Assembly (NCBI GenBank): GCA_964035545.1
Contig: OZ037767.1
Location: forward strand, 5,286,707 to 5,350,706
Reading direction: 5' to 3'
Source: Bugula neritina
Taxonomy: Eukaryota > Animalia > Bryozoa
Length of the DNA stretch: 64,000 nucleotides
The notes beneath the pieces are model-generated. The model did not search any database. It was not told the origin of the DNA and saw only the letters and a program-made list of their open reading frames with translations. This document shows positions 12,442 through 31,600 of the stretch, piece after piece (the stretch's first letter is position 1; every line of letters starts with the position of its first letter). The position numbers and the translations under genes are program-made.

Positions 12442-15400
12442 GACTCAAACAGCTTTTTTAAGCTGAAATAAAAGAACTGGAATTAATGAGCAAATATGGA
12501 ATAATAAAATGTACTAAAAAGTTGAAAAAATAAAACACAATTTACTAATAGCAAGCATGTCGGTTTTTAATGGTATTGAGACACTTTGCACTAACTTAGA
12601 CTAGAATTCCTAGCTGCTGTAAGACACTTTATCTGATTGAATTGGTTTGTGGATTGAATTTATATAATGCAGCAATTTATTCTAATCAAAATGCATTTCA
12701 TGAAGAGACCATATGGGTATCCTGTGATAAACTACTTCTATATAATAGATTGAACGTGATATCAGAAATACTTTTCAAAAAAGTTTTCGGAATTTGGCCG
12801 AAAATTAGAATTAACTAAAGTTGTAAGAATATGTTTTACCCTTGCTAATATCTATAATGATGATCACAACATGGTTACAGGGCATTTGCAAATAACAAAT
12901 TACCAGTCACTATTAACAATAATAGCATATAAATATGCAACTATAATTTATTTAATAATAAGAAATTACTAACCTTTAAACAAATAGAAAAATTTATAAG
13001 TTATCATCTTTAATTACTGCTAGTATTTACATGACTCTAACTAAAAAATTTAATCAATCTGAATATAAAATTATCAGCGATATGAAGTTGAAATTAAAAG
13101 CCAATGGTTACTATGGCAATTGATTTATTGATCATTTAAATTTCATTTAATAACTATATTTATTCAAAGTTAAAAGTAAAAGATCTGAAGACTTCCACTT
13201 TCCCAAAGGAGAACTACAAAAATCTAACAACTCCAGTTAGTGCTACTGTAAGATTAAGTAACTGAAAAAAGTAATGCAGCAGCAAAAGTCAACATAATTC
13301 TTCAAGTTTAAAATTAGAACAATGATGAGATTAAATCAAAAATTAAAATCGTTATCATGTTTTTGCCAAGTGTTGAACTTAATTTAAATTTGGGACAAAC
13401 CCTAAGGTTAAATGACGTAAAAAAACATTAAACTAAAAGACTAAGTCTTAAGCTAAAAGTAAACCTAATTAATATTATTACCACACTCCATAGAGTTAGA
13501 CTAAGTCATAGTCATCATCACTCATCAGTCATCATGTTCACTATCATACTGATAATAATAATCATAACGTCTAATGCCTAGTGGTAATTATATTTTTAAT
13601 GATGATGTAAGTTTTAACCCTAGCATCATCAAAGCATCACTTTACGATCATCACTTTCACTCTGATCTGTCAATCATTAATTTATTATTTAAAATTAATG
13701 TAAAACTAAAAGTGAACATCAAAATTCAAATTAAATATAATTATAAATATCAGTACAAGTATCAGTATCGCTATAACTCAGAGTCAGACTATCACTATCA
13801 CTATGACACTGACTTTGAGCTTGACTATCTGAGCATCAAAACAAAAATTCAAAATGAAAATGAAATTTTAATTTAATTCACTAAATCTAAAATTAAAAGG
13901 AAGAGCTGGGGGAAATATCGCATTAAAGTCCTAAAATAAATCAAATGGCGATAGATACCTCAGTTTTAATATTCTTTTAATTCATATACTTGTAGTAAAC
14001 CATTAAATTTTAATTGTAATAAGACTTATTTTAATTTAATTATCCGTATTGCCAATTGCGGAATCCCAGTCGATCTGAACCAAACCGAATTGAACAGGTG
14101 AAGAGCTGATTACTATCTTCAGAGACCAAAGAGAAAAATCACCGTTTCCATTAAGGGTAGATAACTTCATAGTCTGAGCAAGTCGCATAAAATAAATGAG
14201 AAGACAACTAGCATGCAATTCAATTCTTTGAAATATTTCTTTACTTGTTCTTGTAGCTTTTTAGAATTTTATATCAGCATAATAATATTATTCTGCCTCT
14301 TTAGGTAGTTTACTACTAAACTTTTTGAAACAAATATTATTTCCTAATGTGCATATCTAAATTGTTCAAATAAATAATAATGTACTCCAAAGTTAGGCAG
14401 CAGGTGACATGGGAGCATAATACTTTCAGGGAGAGGTTTGAAGTATATTTTGCAAGCGATGCATTTTATGTCTTGATAAAGTTTTGAATAATTCAAGAGT
14501 TTTAAAATTAATTTCAACTCATCGTCCTTTAAAGTATAGACTAATTTAGCTATGCTGAAGTTTGAAAAGAAAATAACTCTGAATATTAGGACAATATTAC
14601 GTCTTCATAAAGATTCTTACTTTTAATTCAGTGGAATGAACTTAAAAGAAAACTACCAAATCTACCAACAATGTATGTTGCATTTATCTTCAAATAGAGT
14701 TGTGTTTGCATGTGAATATTATATCACTAACAACGTTAAGTGTTGATTAGTATATTTTATTATGGGTAAAAGGAAACATGAAACAGCTGATATGAAACAA
14801 CCAGCATGAAAGCAATGTTTAGCGTAAGTTAACAAAGTGAAAAAATGCTTGTGTTAGCAATACATAACTGAAGAAATAATCAGTGTTTTAAGATTCTGCG
14901 GTTGCTTTGCATAGTCAAACGCACTGATCAATATAACTTTTTCAAGAATGAGTACCAAATAGACAGATAAAGCAGATTAATAAAATATAAACATAAAAGC
15001 CATAAATGCTGGAGACACAGTTGAAAAATATGTTATTGAATAACGGCTATAATTTTTTATCTAGAACCTATATTTGCTAGTGACAGGGTTTTCAATAAAC
15101 TTAGAGACTTGTTTTGTTGAAGTATATCAACTATATATCTACAAGGACACAGGCTACCAAAATAGCCTGTTCTCCGTATTCTCTGTTGGCCAGACTACAG
15201 GCTACAGTAAAATGTATCAGCTGGCAAATAGTTCATATATCTAAGCAAACTCTCCATATAGTTTTTTACTTTTAGATTAGAACATTTCTCAAAATGAAAG
15301 CAAGTCATCATTACAAATAGAGAATAGCGTGATATTACAGATATTGTCTTGTTGACATATTTTATCGGATATTGTTGATTTGGTTTCTTTGATATCTTCA

Positions 15401-15827
15401 CACTAATAACTGTTGCATCATTATGAACCACATGCAGATTGTGTTTCGAATGCAGAATTCAATAGTATCAAGAAATTATCTTTTGTTTTGTGGCGACTGG
15501 CCCACAACACAACTAAGTGTGTGCTTACTGCTTGCCTTTGATATGTGGACACCAGATGAAACACATCTCTTAGATGCTCATACTTGGTAATTATATACAC
15601 ATCCTGCAAGTAGCAGTTTTATAGGGAATGTGTACTGCACCCATGAGTTCCGTAGCAACGAGTTGTTCAAACTTTAAACTTTTAAATCAGCTCAGTGAAC
15701 AAGCTGTGCGCTACAGCATGTACTAAAAATCAGTAATAATTAATATTAGTTTTAGAATACCACGGATTCCAGAGCCAAACGAAAATGTCACATCCGCATG
15801 AGCATAAAATTTATTATAAAGCAATTA

Positions 15828-15950
15828 TGTTTGAGCATACAACCCTCAAACAGTGTGTAGATGGTAGCTAACATACATATGGATGTTTTAATACTGCATA
15901 CATGGAGTGTGTCAGGAATTCTTTAATTAAACTCAAGACGTCCTTTGTAC
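15828..15950 (+). repeat. Dispersed repeat arm homologous to 3835-3960
   Basis: ttgagcatacaaccctcaaacagtgtgtagatggtagcta...gcatacatggagtgtg...attctttaatta. Confidence 0.7.
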
Positions 15951-16059
15951 TTGTAAGTGTTTAAAACTTCACCAGCAACTAAGCATTTGCTAGTTTTCTT
16001 ATTTACATAATATATTATCAGTTCTGTTATGATTCCTGTGGTGTTGAGGTTCCCCAGTA

Positions 16060-16130
16060 GCCCCCATAGTGTAATGGTTAGTACGTTGGCTTGCAAGCTG
16101 AAGGTCTGTGGTTGGACTCTTGGTGAAGGC
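16060..16130 (+). pseudogene. tRNA-like relic (tRNA pseudogene or head of a second SINE family)
   Basis: A box TAGTGTAATGGTTAG is intact. The B box (GGTTGGACTC) is degenerate and the acceptor, anticodon and T stems are imperfect. Confidence 0.55.
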
Positions 16131-16887
16131 TGAGGTTTTTACAGTATGCTCACTCAGTATGCGTTTGGGTTACCAAACTACATCTTTACTTTAGTATAAA
16201 CATGACGAGTGAATGCAAAGTAACATGAGTAAAATAGCATAATTATATGATTGAACAGTCATACAACAATTACTATCAACTTTCATTCTGAATATGATCA
16301 TAAATGTTGCTCTTTAGTCTCAATATGAGAGTCACATAACTTTTAGTAATTGCAATGCATAGATGTTTAATTGGTCATTTGAGATACGGCTCAAGACTCA
16401 TATTCAAAATAATTTAAATATTATATTATACGTATTTATTTTGAGGCAGATAATTGGCAGTATTGAATTCATATCTATCCTCTTGGGTGAGTGTATATAG
16501 CATCGGTATGCAGCAAAAGATATCGAAAACATGCATAGTTATTATAACTATGAACCGCCTGATAAAGCATATTGTCATAGAAAAATAATAGGATAAACTT
16601 TATTATTTGACCTTTACTTACCTGCTAGTCATACAATGACGCATATCAAAAGTAAATGTTAACATGATGTGTCTAATGTATTACATTTCAGATTATTATA
16701 CACTGTATTCAATCTAGCGTTACATATTTTATTGAGTAGTTCTTTTCACAAAAAGGCAGCATTATTCATGTACTAAAAAGCCTGTGCGAACCCTTGACGG
16801 AAAAGTTTTTTCACTTTTGGCAAAGAAGCAATTATGACCTAATGTGCCTTTCCTATTGCTTTTCACTATTGCTCAGTGTTAACTAAC

Positions 16888-17180
16888 CCCCTAGACACAC
16901 TTTGCCGTATCGTAGGCCGTAACGTAAGTTGTCAGCCATTTTTAATGTGTCTGAGCTGAAGTTCTCAAAGTCTGCTATTAGGTGCACTCTATGACACCTC
17001 AATGGACATTCATATCCAAGGAGTTGCCACGAAGGTCTTCCTGTCCAATAGGAGCCTGCCGCACCTTGTTTTAATTAAGCAGTGCTTGATCCTAACGTAT
17101 CGCAACATCGTACAGGAAGCTCGGACAAGTCTAAAAATGGCTAACATTTGCCCACCGTGTGGCAAAATGTGTCTAGGCCT
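16888..17180. mobile_element. Degenerate MITE with ~60-bp terminal inverted repeats (possibly PIF/Harbinger)
   Basis: ctagacacactttgcc...cagccatttttaatgtgtctgagct versus agctcggacaagtctaaaaatggctaac...ggcaaaatgtgtctagg. Confidence 0.7.
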
Positions 17181-20100
17181 TAAAAGGTAAACCGGTGACC
17201 ACTATAGATCACGGCTACTCCCTATAGGACTATTCACATATTATAAATATGAAAATACAGAGTTGTTATTTTGTTTAGAAAGCTGGGTTTTGACTTCATT
17301 TCTTCTGGCTGTACAAGTTAAGTAATTGTTGTGACATCCAGGTGGTTGCTTCCTCCAGATGTGTTGAAGGAAGGAGATCAATTCTTGGACTTTGTACCAG
17401 ATTACAGGCAAATTGTAAAGTCAAATGGTCATATATTAGCGAGTGATTGCGTGTAACGTGTTAGCTTTCTAAGCATGCTTTACAGGTAATTAGGTAATTA
17501 ACTCCTGTACTGGCGCACTTTACATGGCAGCCAAGGCTCTGCTTTCTAATTGACTGACTTTCTTAGATAGCTAGCTAACTTTTCTGTAAATACACAGAAA
17601 TATCAATTATTAGTTGGCAGTATTATTATTTATTTTTGAGCTATTAAAGCTATTCCCGGTCTTATTATCAAAAAAGTTCCAGCATTGCTATATTATCGAT
17701 TGTTATATCAGGTTGTTTCAGTTATTGTTATTTTGCAGCATATATTGATATAATAAGAGTTGATACTATAATAAATTTTTTATTCGTAGCTTTTAGGTTT
17801 TATAAGTTTCAAAGATGCGGCACCCCACAGAGAATGTAAATTAGATACACAAACTCCTGCAATGGTAGTTGGAAATGAATATTGCATAAAACCCCTAAGT
17901 TTTAAAAAACAAATTTTAGATTTTTGCGAAAAAGAGTTTACATTAGATTTCTTATTAATTGCTTTTCATGACTTTTCATCGCTCACACATTTGATGTAGC
18001 AATTTCTAGCAACGTATGCTCTGCAGCTTTTTTAGCCTTGTAAAGTTTTAGTGGTACCCTGGTTTTTGATAAATAAGTTGCCAATTCTCACGATTTAGCT
18101 TTAGCTTCAACCTAAATACGTTGTCGAAATAATAGACTGTCAAAGTAGCTATTATTAATAGCTTAATATTTCTATTATTCTGCTTACTTTATATTGTAAA
18201 CATCATACTATGACTTTTGCTATGTAATTAACTATCTTTACTGTATCTAGAACACAAGTTAAATTAATTAAGTTATTGATGCATATGTTATTACATAACT
18301 CTCTCCACTACTTCATTTGGTGGCATGTGCATTGGCATTATCAAAGCCTGCCATGTATAGCCATCAGCAAAATAGACCTCAATCATAGTAATTACTAGCA
18401 CCCGATTGACAGTTGGTGAAAATTACAGCAGATCTTTCAAATTTATGTTCCCAATTTATATAATGCATCATTTAAAATAGTTACAGGGTGTCCTAAAGTG
18501 TTACTTAATTAACATTTATTTTATCCAATAAAGGTGCTAATATCTTAAATTAAGCACAAATGGTTTTATTTAGAAAATAAATTATAAAATATATTTGTCA
18601 TAAGAAAGTAGATTGGATTATACATGAAACATATTTAACTTTTGTATTATAAGCAACGTAATATATTTCATTATTATACAAATCATTATCTTATTTTTAA
18701 ATATGCCGTAGCTCCAATGTCAAACGGCATGTATTTGTAGTGTGATGGAATGAATGCTCCTATGGATGGATTTGTGGTTGCAGTTTGCATTGACTTGTAA
18801 CCGTGGCTTCATTCGATTGGCCTCTTTCCAAACATCGAATGAAAAATCTAATCGAATAATTTAAAGCTTGGAAACTAGTGTATATAGGATGTTATGCACA
18901 GTTACAGTCCGATAACAGCATATAAATGTGCAAGTTATTGAAAGTTGTTTTTAATGACTCATCAACAGTTTGACTTGCACTCAATTGACAGAACTTGAGA
19001 AGTGACAGACTGATCTGTAAAATGAGATATTATGGAGAGAAATTAGGCAGATATTGATACGTGCATACTGTGATTCCAAACAAGCAAGTAAATGGTTTGA
19101 GCTTAGTCAAGTGTTAAAACTCCCAGTCTAGTCTGACAGCATTATGCTCATATTCAGCAGTGTCACCAATTAACAGCTCCTGCAGCTAGCATTCTGCTGT
19201 GAACTCAATTTTATTTAATGAACCACAAAATTAATTTAGTTGCACAGAATACATTTGTGGCCCAAGGCTTGTTTTGTTTCTTGCTGCTTTATTGCTTTGA
19301 ATGTGTTTGAGCTTTGAGCAATCCTGTACAAGGAGTGAAAGTTGCGTTGTAAACAATTATTTTCAGAGCTATATCATTGGGAGCCACATTATATCTTATA
19401 CTTATTATACTATCAAATAATTTATTTATGTGCAAAGTGGATATTCATATAAAATATTGAATAAAACTAACAGCGAAACTTTGTGTAAATTAGGCTTAGT
19501 TCAGCTTTATATATATAGCCAGAAGCTCATGTTGTAAATTAAAATGTACACTAAGATACTTATATTCATAGCTATGTTGAAAAATGTAGGTGTATAGATG
19601 TGCACAAAGTAAATATGAAATAACCCGTGAAAGTTTCACAGAATGGACCCAGCTACAATACAACATGATGCAATTAACAAATACTTAGTTTACAACAAGA
19701 TAAGTCTATATTAATCACAAGTGGCTGGCAGGGTAGCAGATGTAATTTAGTAATTTTCATAATGGTTTTCACAGACAAATTAACTTTGTGTGAATGATGT
19801 AATTTTCTCTTCCAATGATATGGTAAAAAAGATCAATGAAACCAGTTGGCTGATTAGGTAGATAAAGTTAATTACGCTCAAATGGAAGGTAAAGAGCTGC
19901 ACACATCTGCTGTTCTCACTGGCCAAATCCTTTATTGATACGTGAGCAACTATATTATATTGATCTGAGTTGCTGTTATTTTAATGTATAGGATTGGGAA
20001 CTGAACTGGCAACATATGACGAGTCTTTGACAGACAGTTTTGTTGGTATGAATAATTAGTGGAAAAACTCTCCAGAAACAATAATATTATTGAAATAAGA

Positions 20101-23100
20101 ATAATATTAATGAATTTTTTGAAAAAAAACCAATTTACTTCTTCAAAAAATATTTTAGCTCAGATTCTTGAGGTGATGGTAGTCATGGAAAAATTGAGAA
20201 AGCCTGTGTTATTGATTAGAAACGTAGCAAAGGAAGTTATGTTCTCGTGATAATTTCAACCCTCATCTCAAACCAAAATTTAGTATGAATGTTAAATAAT
20301 TTGAGCTATTAAAATTTTTCCACTACTGCACTCAAATGAGATTTAGTTATAGCACTATTGCTATGATCAAAATAAACTTTGCTTGTGTTTTTAGTTTGGA
20401 TCTCTTTGGGAATTTTTTCTATGTCTCAGCCTACAAATATGACTTTTTATTGACAAAGGGACTACCCAAATTCAAGTGTATATAGAATTATATTTTTAAC
20501 ATGGTACTGTATAGCATAATGCGTTGCTGTTACAGCAGGTATAATTTTAGAAATGGCGAAAACCCACTTTTTTGAAAAAATTCATATAATTTCAGCTTCA
20601 TGCATATTTTTGTCATAGAAAATAATTGAATTAAAAGCAAATAGAAATGTTGTTTACATGCAAAGAGATTAGTTACATAATAAAATGTTATTTGTACTGA
20701 CTTCAGATTAGAATATAATAGTTTTAGTCTTTTCCTTGTAGGACCAGAAATCATAGGCTTATGGAGAAGTAAGATTTGAGAAGCCATACCTAATATTGTA
20801 AGAAAAAAAGAGAAATTTATTTTCATTCTTTTTTATCAATATTTTGAATTTGCAGTGAAAGTAATCCATGCAAAATTTCTTTCTATCACACATTCTAAAA
20901 CACAAAATGCACTAAATAATCATTAAATTTTTTTAGACTCTACACATGCCTATAGTTAAAAATCAAACTTCACTGGCATTCTTAATTATTAACCTTGAGA
21001 TTTTTGTTTAGTTATTAAACCTAAAGTCATATATTTTATATTATTTCAGTTTTTGGAGAGACTTTCACTATATATGCAATATTATTCATTAATAAATAAC
21101 CAGTGAAGATGCTATATATATAATTTTTTGCATTAACATGTTCCAAGTGCCATGCATGCATCTTGTAAATGATGCAGGCTCTATCAAGCTCTCCCATAGT
21201 ATAACACCACGTATCATGCATACACATCAGGCATCTTTCACTGTATTATTTTCTTCCCAGTGCTTTACATGCACTATATTGAATACAATCACTCCAAATA
21301 AATTAATTAGAACTCATGCGATGATGATAATACTTCTTTAGATTGTATAAAATATATCTTCTTTCTCGTCATGCAACCCTTTCCTTATTACCAACAATCT
21401 AGCAATTTACATTCTTCATCCCTGCCGTCTTCTCAAAAGCACAACTCTATTATCTAAAGGCAATGCCGCTATCAACATTTTGTTATTAGTCCACACTGGT
21501 CCTTTAATATTACTAATTCTTCATGCAACATAAATTAGCTGTATTCCAGAAAAGTGAGCTCTGGCTTGTCAACAAATAGCTGGCATGCAATGCTTGTCAG
21601 GCACAATGGTCAATACATTTAGAACTGAAATAGATAGATGCCATTTTCACAGAATTCACTTAGCTGCAAAATAGCTGTTCAAAGTAAAGGGGGTAGAACT
21701 TACAGGCCCCTACCAGCTTACTGAATTCCGCGACTACCAATATCTAGTTCAGATATGCGTGGTTAAACCAAATATGTGACATCAATACAAAAGTATTATA
21801 TTATATAATTGGATAAGCTGTCTTTTGTCAATGAAATCTCATCCAGATAAGTTCCTTCAATGGACTCCCAAATATTTTAATTGGATGCAATTATCTGAGC
21901 TAAACAGAGATGGCAGTTAAAAGAAACCATTTGCATCTTTATTCAAATGGAGTTAGTTAGAAGCGAAAACTAATTCAAACTAGGATAATCGTATTAATGA
22001 TAATAAATATGAATGCTTTTTACGATTAGAATGTTTAAAAATTGAAGATGTGCTAAATTTTGGTTTGAAATTGAAACCCTTCACCATGTTTTTCATAAAA
22101 TATTGCTCAATTACTTTTTTTGCAGTGAAAGTTTGAAAAGCTCCTTAATTGAATTCTATAAATCTGTGTGCTATTACTATGTTGACTGAAAGGCCTAAAT
22201 CTGTGTTTATATTTGCTTGCAAAAGTTGTTTTATAACAAACCATGGCCAGTTTTATTTTTTAAAAAAGTTTATAGAAAATACATTTTGCAAACACTAATA
22301 GTTTAGACAAGTTTGCAGACCAAGTATTGCAATATAAAACAACTTTGCAAGTGTGGGGTGTTTTAGAGAACTCTCTCAGATACTTGTCACCTAGTTAGCC
22401 TTAGAAAGAAGATAGGATATATCTGTCTCGGCAATTACTACAACCTGTTTATATAACTACTTCATAGGATAAGCTTAGATAGGTTCTGCTCTAGACTGTG
22501 TGCATGTATAGGCAGTATATTCCCACAGCTTATTCTAGGCACTTGCAGTTACGTAGTGTATTTTTCAGTTTATTTCGCTAAGCGGAAATATAATCACAAG
22601 GCTTTACCAAGCACTTGATGTATTTCTAGACTGGTTAATTTTGGCTTTTGGCTGAACTAGTCTCATTATTGGAGACTAAACCCAATTTTGATTATCAGTG
22701 ATTGGTAACTCATAGCTTTGGTAACTACAGTTTATAACTTGTATTGGAATAATGTTACATTTATATAATAACAAGATTATTATCATCAACCTTGTTTCTG
22801 TAAATGACGTAATTATAGGTTTTTGTATGCATTACAGCCTATACATAAGTTTTATTGCGGCTCATGCATATTTATCTAGTATGTTTTACCCAAAGATAAA
22901 CCAAAATACCAGTTTATGGCTTAATATAGTGATCGATGGGAAATATTATATATAGGCCTATTTACTTCATGGAATAAATTCAGTTTCTGATAAAAATATA
23001 CTATAATTTGTATCTCATCATATTATGTAAATTCAAAAATCAAAATCAAATTTTGTTGTACATAATGCTTATGACCAATAAAAACTAACTACCAAGTTGA

Positions 23101-24484
23101 AAAAATGCTAAAGATTGTAGCTACTAAGTATCTTTGTACCATTTCAAACTTTGATATTGCTATTATAACCACCCATTGACTCACCAATATATTTAAACTA
23201 ATTTTCACACAAGTTGGGAATATGAATTACCTCAAAATTAGATCAGAAAGCTCCGATGAGAAAAAATATTCCTAGTTATTTACATTTAGCATTGAGTAAT
23301 TGTGATAATGTTTTAGTCAAGGCAAGATGTTAACTAAGTTTATCAATTTAGCTAATGGATGGGAAGGTGGTAACTCTAATGACTTTCTAAATTACTGCTG
23401 GTGAAGCTAAAGAAAAAGTAAATACTCAACAACATTCGGAAATAAGTATTAAGAGTATTGGGATTAAAAAATCACACGGTGTATTACACTAATAGGTTTA
23501 GCATCCACTTATCATACTGCTACCAATCTGTTTCATCAAATGTGTTGTTTATGATGGAACTTAGCTAGCCACTCCAACCAGCTCACCACTTGCATGCTGA
23601 AACACGTTCTCAATAAACTGTCATGTAGATCAATTGGCTAAATTCTTAACATTTGAATGTTTTTCATTAAACTTTTGTATTGCAAAAAATGTCAACCAGG
23701 TTATTGGGATGGTATTATAGATTATATATCACTTCCATGTTTAAACTCGAAAGCTAATGTACCGAATATATTACCATCTTTTTACTCTTTTTTTATATAA
23801 AAAACATTTGACTTCAAAGACCAGCTTCATATAAAATTTTCAGATTACCACTTGGGAGGTCTAAAGGATCAGATAAAACACAGCATCTGCTTAATTTTTG
23901 TTCACAAAACTGTTTCCTCCCAAGCAATTAACATCTTGTATTATCCAGAGAATAATATTGTCACACTCTTTTTGTATTTTTATATTTTGCTAGATTTTAA
24001 TCTATAAATGTCACCATTGTTCACTTTCTTTTGCTAACAACTTCTGAATGAATATACACGCCCACATATTAATGTGATTTCTGCAATTAGGGTGACAGGA
24101 ATACAAGTCTATAAAATAAGTTAATGATGTGTCTGTAGCACTTTTTCAGGTTGATAATTGCTTTTGTGGTTTATGACAAAAGGGTATCATTTTAACCTTT
24201 TTGTTAAGATGCGAAGTCATTATACAAGGCATTGTTATTCTCGTGTTCATCTCGTGTCATTGCAGTCAAAATGAATAATATCAAAATACAACATCTTCAA
24301 AATTATCATCTCAAAATACAGAAAAATGAGAGCAGCTGAAATAATATATACATAATCATTGATCAGGCTAGCAATAAATTATTGACATTTATCAAAATTC
24401 ATTCGATCAACAGTAGTCACTGTTATAACCAATGAATTAAAACTATTACAACAATTATTACAAACGAGCAGTTTTACGAGAAAA

Positions 24485-24519
24485 CTGATTGGGCGGTTAG
24501 CTATCATCATTTGATTGGA
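24485..24519 (+). promoter_or_regulatory. Putative Six3/6 proximal promoter: two inverted CCAAT boxes and a GC box
   Basis: ctgATTGGGCGGttagctatcatcatttgATTGGat, ~230 bp upstream of the ATG. Confidence 0.5.
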
Positions 24520-24736
24520 TAGTTTACCACAGAAAGATTATTACAATAGCTATACTGACAGTGGTCTAATACAGTCCCTACATGTCCAATCTTCTATTGA
24601 TATGTATCTGCACATGGATCAATGTATACATTGTTTAGTTACCTCCCCTATTATATGATTATACATCCATATAAACCACTGTATATCAACATGATAGTCA
24701 GTCAGGGATACTCCTTCAAACAGGTCACATCTTCGA

Positions 24737-28629
<3,893 letters not shown>

Positions 28630-31600
28630 TTTTTGTAGCCAGCGGTTACTGCAGAATTATAAGCAATATTTTGTATGTGATGAAAATGTTACTAAAGTTT
28701 GAATTTATGTTTCATTGTTGAATTTTATTGTTACTTTGATGTTTATTTTATACAAGTTTATTGACTCTACATATACCATGTACAGATTGTAGTTATAGGT
28801 GTCATACTAGTCTTTCAATGTTCCAAACTTGGTTTTTGCACCTAGCTATGGTATGCCTTGTTGTGTTTATCATTACCACTAAGCTATGCTTTAACATGTC
28901 TCTTGCATCTAAGGTCATGTGAAATTACTTTTTAATGTCAATTTTTAAAAAGTATCACATTGTTGGTTAATAAAAATGATAGAAAGTGTACAACTGCTTT
29001 TTAGATATTTATTTGTATAAAGAAACTGGTGTGCATGAGTGATAAACTGAAAAAATGTATTCATTATATTATATTAAATCAGAGTTTCTAGAATTTAAGC
29101 CAACTTAACCTAAAGAGGAAAATGTCATTTCATACTTGAATATCCAACAAAACCTGCCAAAACTCAGCTTAAGGCATGACAATTCAGTTAATTAACTTTG
29201 CCAGTACTAATTGAAAATAATAAAGTTACACATGTATACTATAAAATAAATAAAAGAAATATATAAACTAATAAGTTAATGAAAATAATTCTGTACATAG
29301 GCTTGAACAAATTATATACTGAAGTTAGCAAGCTGGCAAAACTGTGGAAAACTTTAGCTTGGTAGGAGAGCATCGTGTTCGTATACTCATAGCTAGTTAA
29401 GGAACTTGACTGTATAAGTTGGCACCAGGTGGTAAGAAGGTTGGCTAATTTTCTACAAGATACCATGTATATAATAGAGATCTTGATAAAGGGTTATGAC
29501 AGTTACGGAGTGATTATGATACTTATAGCAGACGTGATGTTTCAAACTGTATAAACATAATTAGATGCTCATCAGCAGTGTTCTGCGGCAGATGCTTTTG
29601 ACATATACACTCTTAGCTTCTTCAGACCTCATTGACTCCATCATATTCAAAGCAATACACTAGGATCTCTTTAATAATTAGAAGTAAAATAACTACTTGT
29701 TAGAAATTGTGGCTCTACAAATCGTGGTATTTTGCAACATATACGAGTACCTGCTATTCTAAGATATTGTTACAATTACCAATGAATACTTTTGTACATA
29801 GCAATGTAATTATTGGTTTAGATGTGATTTTTGTCAATAGTCCAATTAAATGTCGTTTAAAGTGATTTGCATTGTTTTATTAATTAGTGTGAGCCAAAAT
29901 AGATTAGCACTAAACAGCTATTGACTCTTCCCAAAGTGCATTTTTAGAGTCAGAATATAAGTTAAATTTGTTTAAAAACAGAAAGGCTATTGGACTAAGC
30001 ATACAGAATAGATGATGTTTTAGAATCTTTGAGAAAAATGAGAAGTGCAAAATAAGTTATTTGTCGAAGCATTCGAAATGATATATGGCTGATAACTTAA
30101 TATTGTTTATGGCTCTTTAAGTTCTTCTATGGATGAGGGGGAGCTAATGCTACAGCATAATGCGACCTATGCCCCACCAAATGCCAATAATCTATTGGTG
30201 GAATTTTCCCAGCATGCAAAAGAGGTGTACATTATATTAATTTCCGATAGCTATATTACGTGTAATATAATAATAGTAATAATAATAATATAGCACTACA
30301 TAGCTTGTGTTAATAAAAGCCCCATGCTGTAGTAATTTGATAAACATTAGTTATAAACGTATGCTACAATTAAATATTACGAAACGTGTAAACTATTTGA
30401 ATCAGCATTCAAAAGCAAACCAAGACATCGATGCATTGCAGTTTACAAGCAATATTTCCCGCCTGGTCCCTGTAAGTGTTGAATGAACTTAATAATGCTA
30501 AAACTTAGAGCATGGTCAATAGATGAAACCTTTACAAAGAGCCTAAGCTCATAACAGTAGCAGACAAAAGGTTTAAAATTTATCTACTGCTCACAAAAAT
30601 ACTTTATTAAAATAATCTCAAATTTCAATGGAAGAATACTGCGATGTCATGTCAATAAAAGAGCTATTCTCGTGACAAATGCACCATCTAGTGGAATACT
30701 TTCATAAATAAGTATTATGTCGTCAATTGCCTTGAGGCAGCAGTTAAAGTCAGCTTACAGGTAAACGAGTCTACCTGAAAGTACGGTGACTATTGTTTCT
30801 TGACCACAAGTAATCTTGTGATTTATTAATAAACTCATGTCAATTACTACTTGTAAGACTCATCATTCAGAATAACTCTTTTGGAATAATTCCTATTTTC
30901 TTAATAAAGCCTCAATGTTCAAGAAATAAATAACACTAGTAGCCGATTAAATTTTCAATAATGTCAATTGCATTGAGAAGAGATTTGACAAATTCTTTTC
31001 ATGCACTTATCCCCAAATTCCAGGTGTAGTATGTATATTACCGGGCGATATTATATAACAGCTCAAAACAATTAGAGACTTCCTGCAGCTAAAAATGTCT
31101 TTCAACGTTATTTATATGCTGTAAGATATAATTTATTAAAAAGACTATGCGGGCGATGAGACAGCACGAAGCTGTTATGGACGCCTAAGTACATAGCAAT
31201 ATGCATGAAAAGGAGACTTATTTGCTAGTTCCTCCGCCCAGCCCTACTGGCGATTTACACTAAAAATAAATATTTTAAAATAATACTTTTTGTTACTAGA
31301 GACATAATTACTATCAGGTTATTAACTAAACCTATAAATTCTTATAGCTGTGGGCGTTTTAGCTTGCTTTTTCTAGATTGTATGCATAAATAATTTGCAT
31401 GCTATATAATTAAATTTGTCTCTATGTTATATAACTCGTTGCATAACACAAATATTTGTCTTCATGCAACTCTATAGGTTGTGTGTGACTCAAGTAAATC
31501 AAATACATTCGTCTTCATTTTGGCCAAATAATTTATGATCAGTAGTAATTTGTAACCTGTAAATTAAAACACAAAATAGTAGTTAGTTTACTAATTATAC

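Noticed and set aside
13574-13876. 100-aa plus-strand ORF with alternating residues
   Set aside because: It reflects the 6-bp-periodic tract antisense within RanBP3 intron 1, with no splice or domain support.
16060-16130. Functional tRNA gene
   Set aside because: Broken B box and mismatched stems; kept only as a relic
29300-29680. Slightly GC-richer stretch, possibly an RTE-type LINE relic or an exon
   Set aside because: No open frame or motif that I can support
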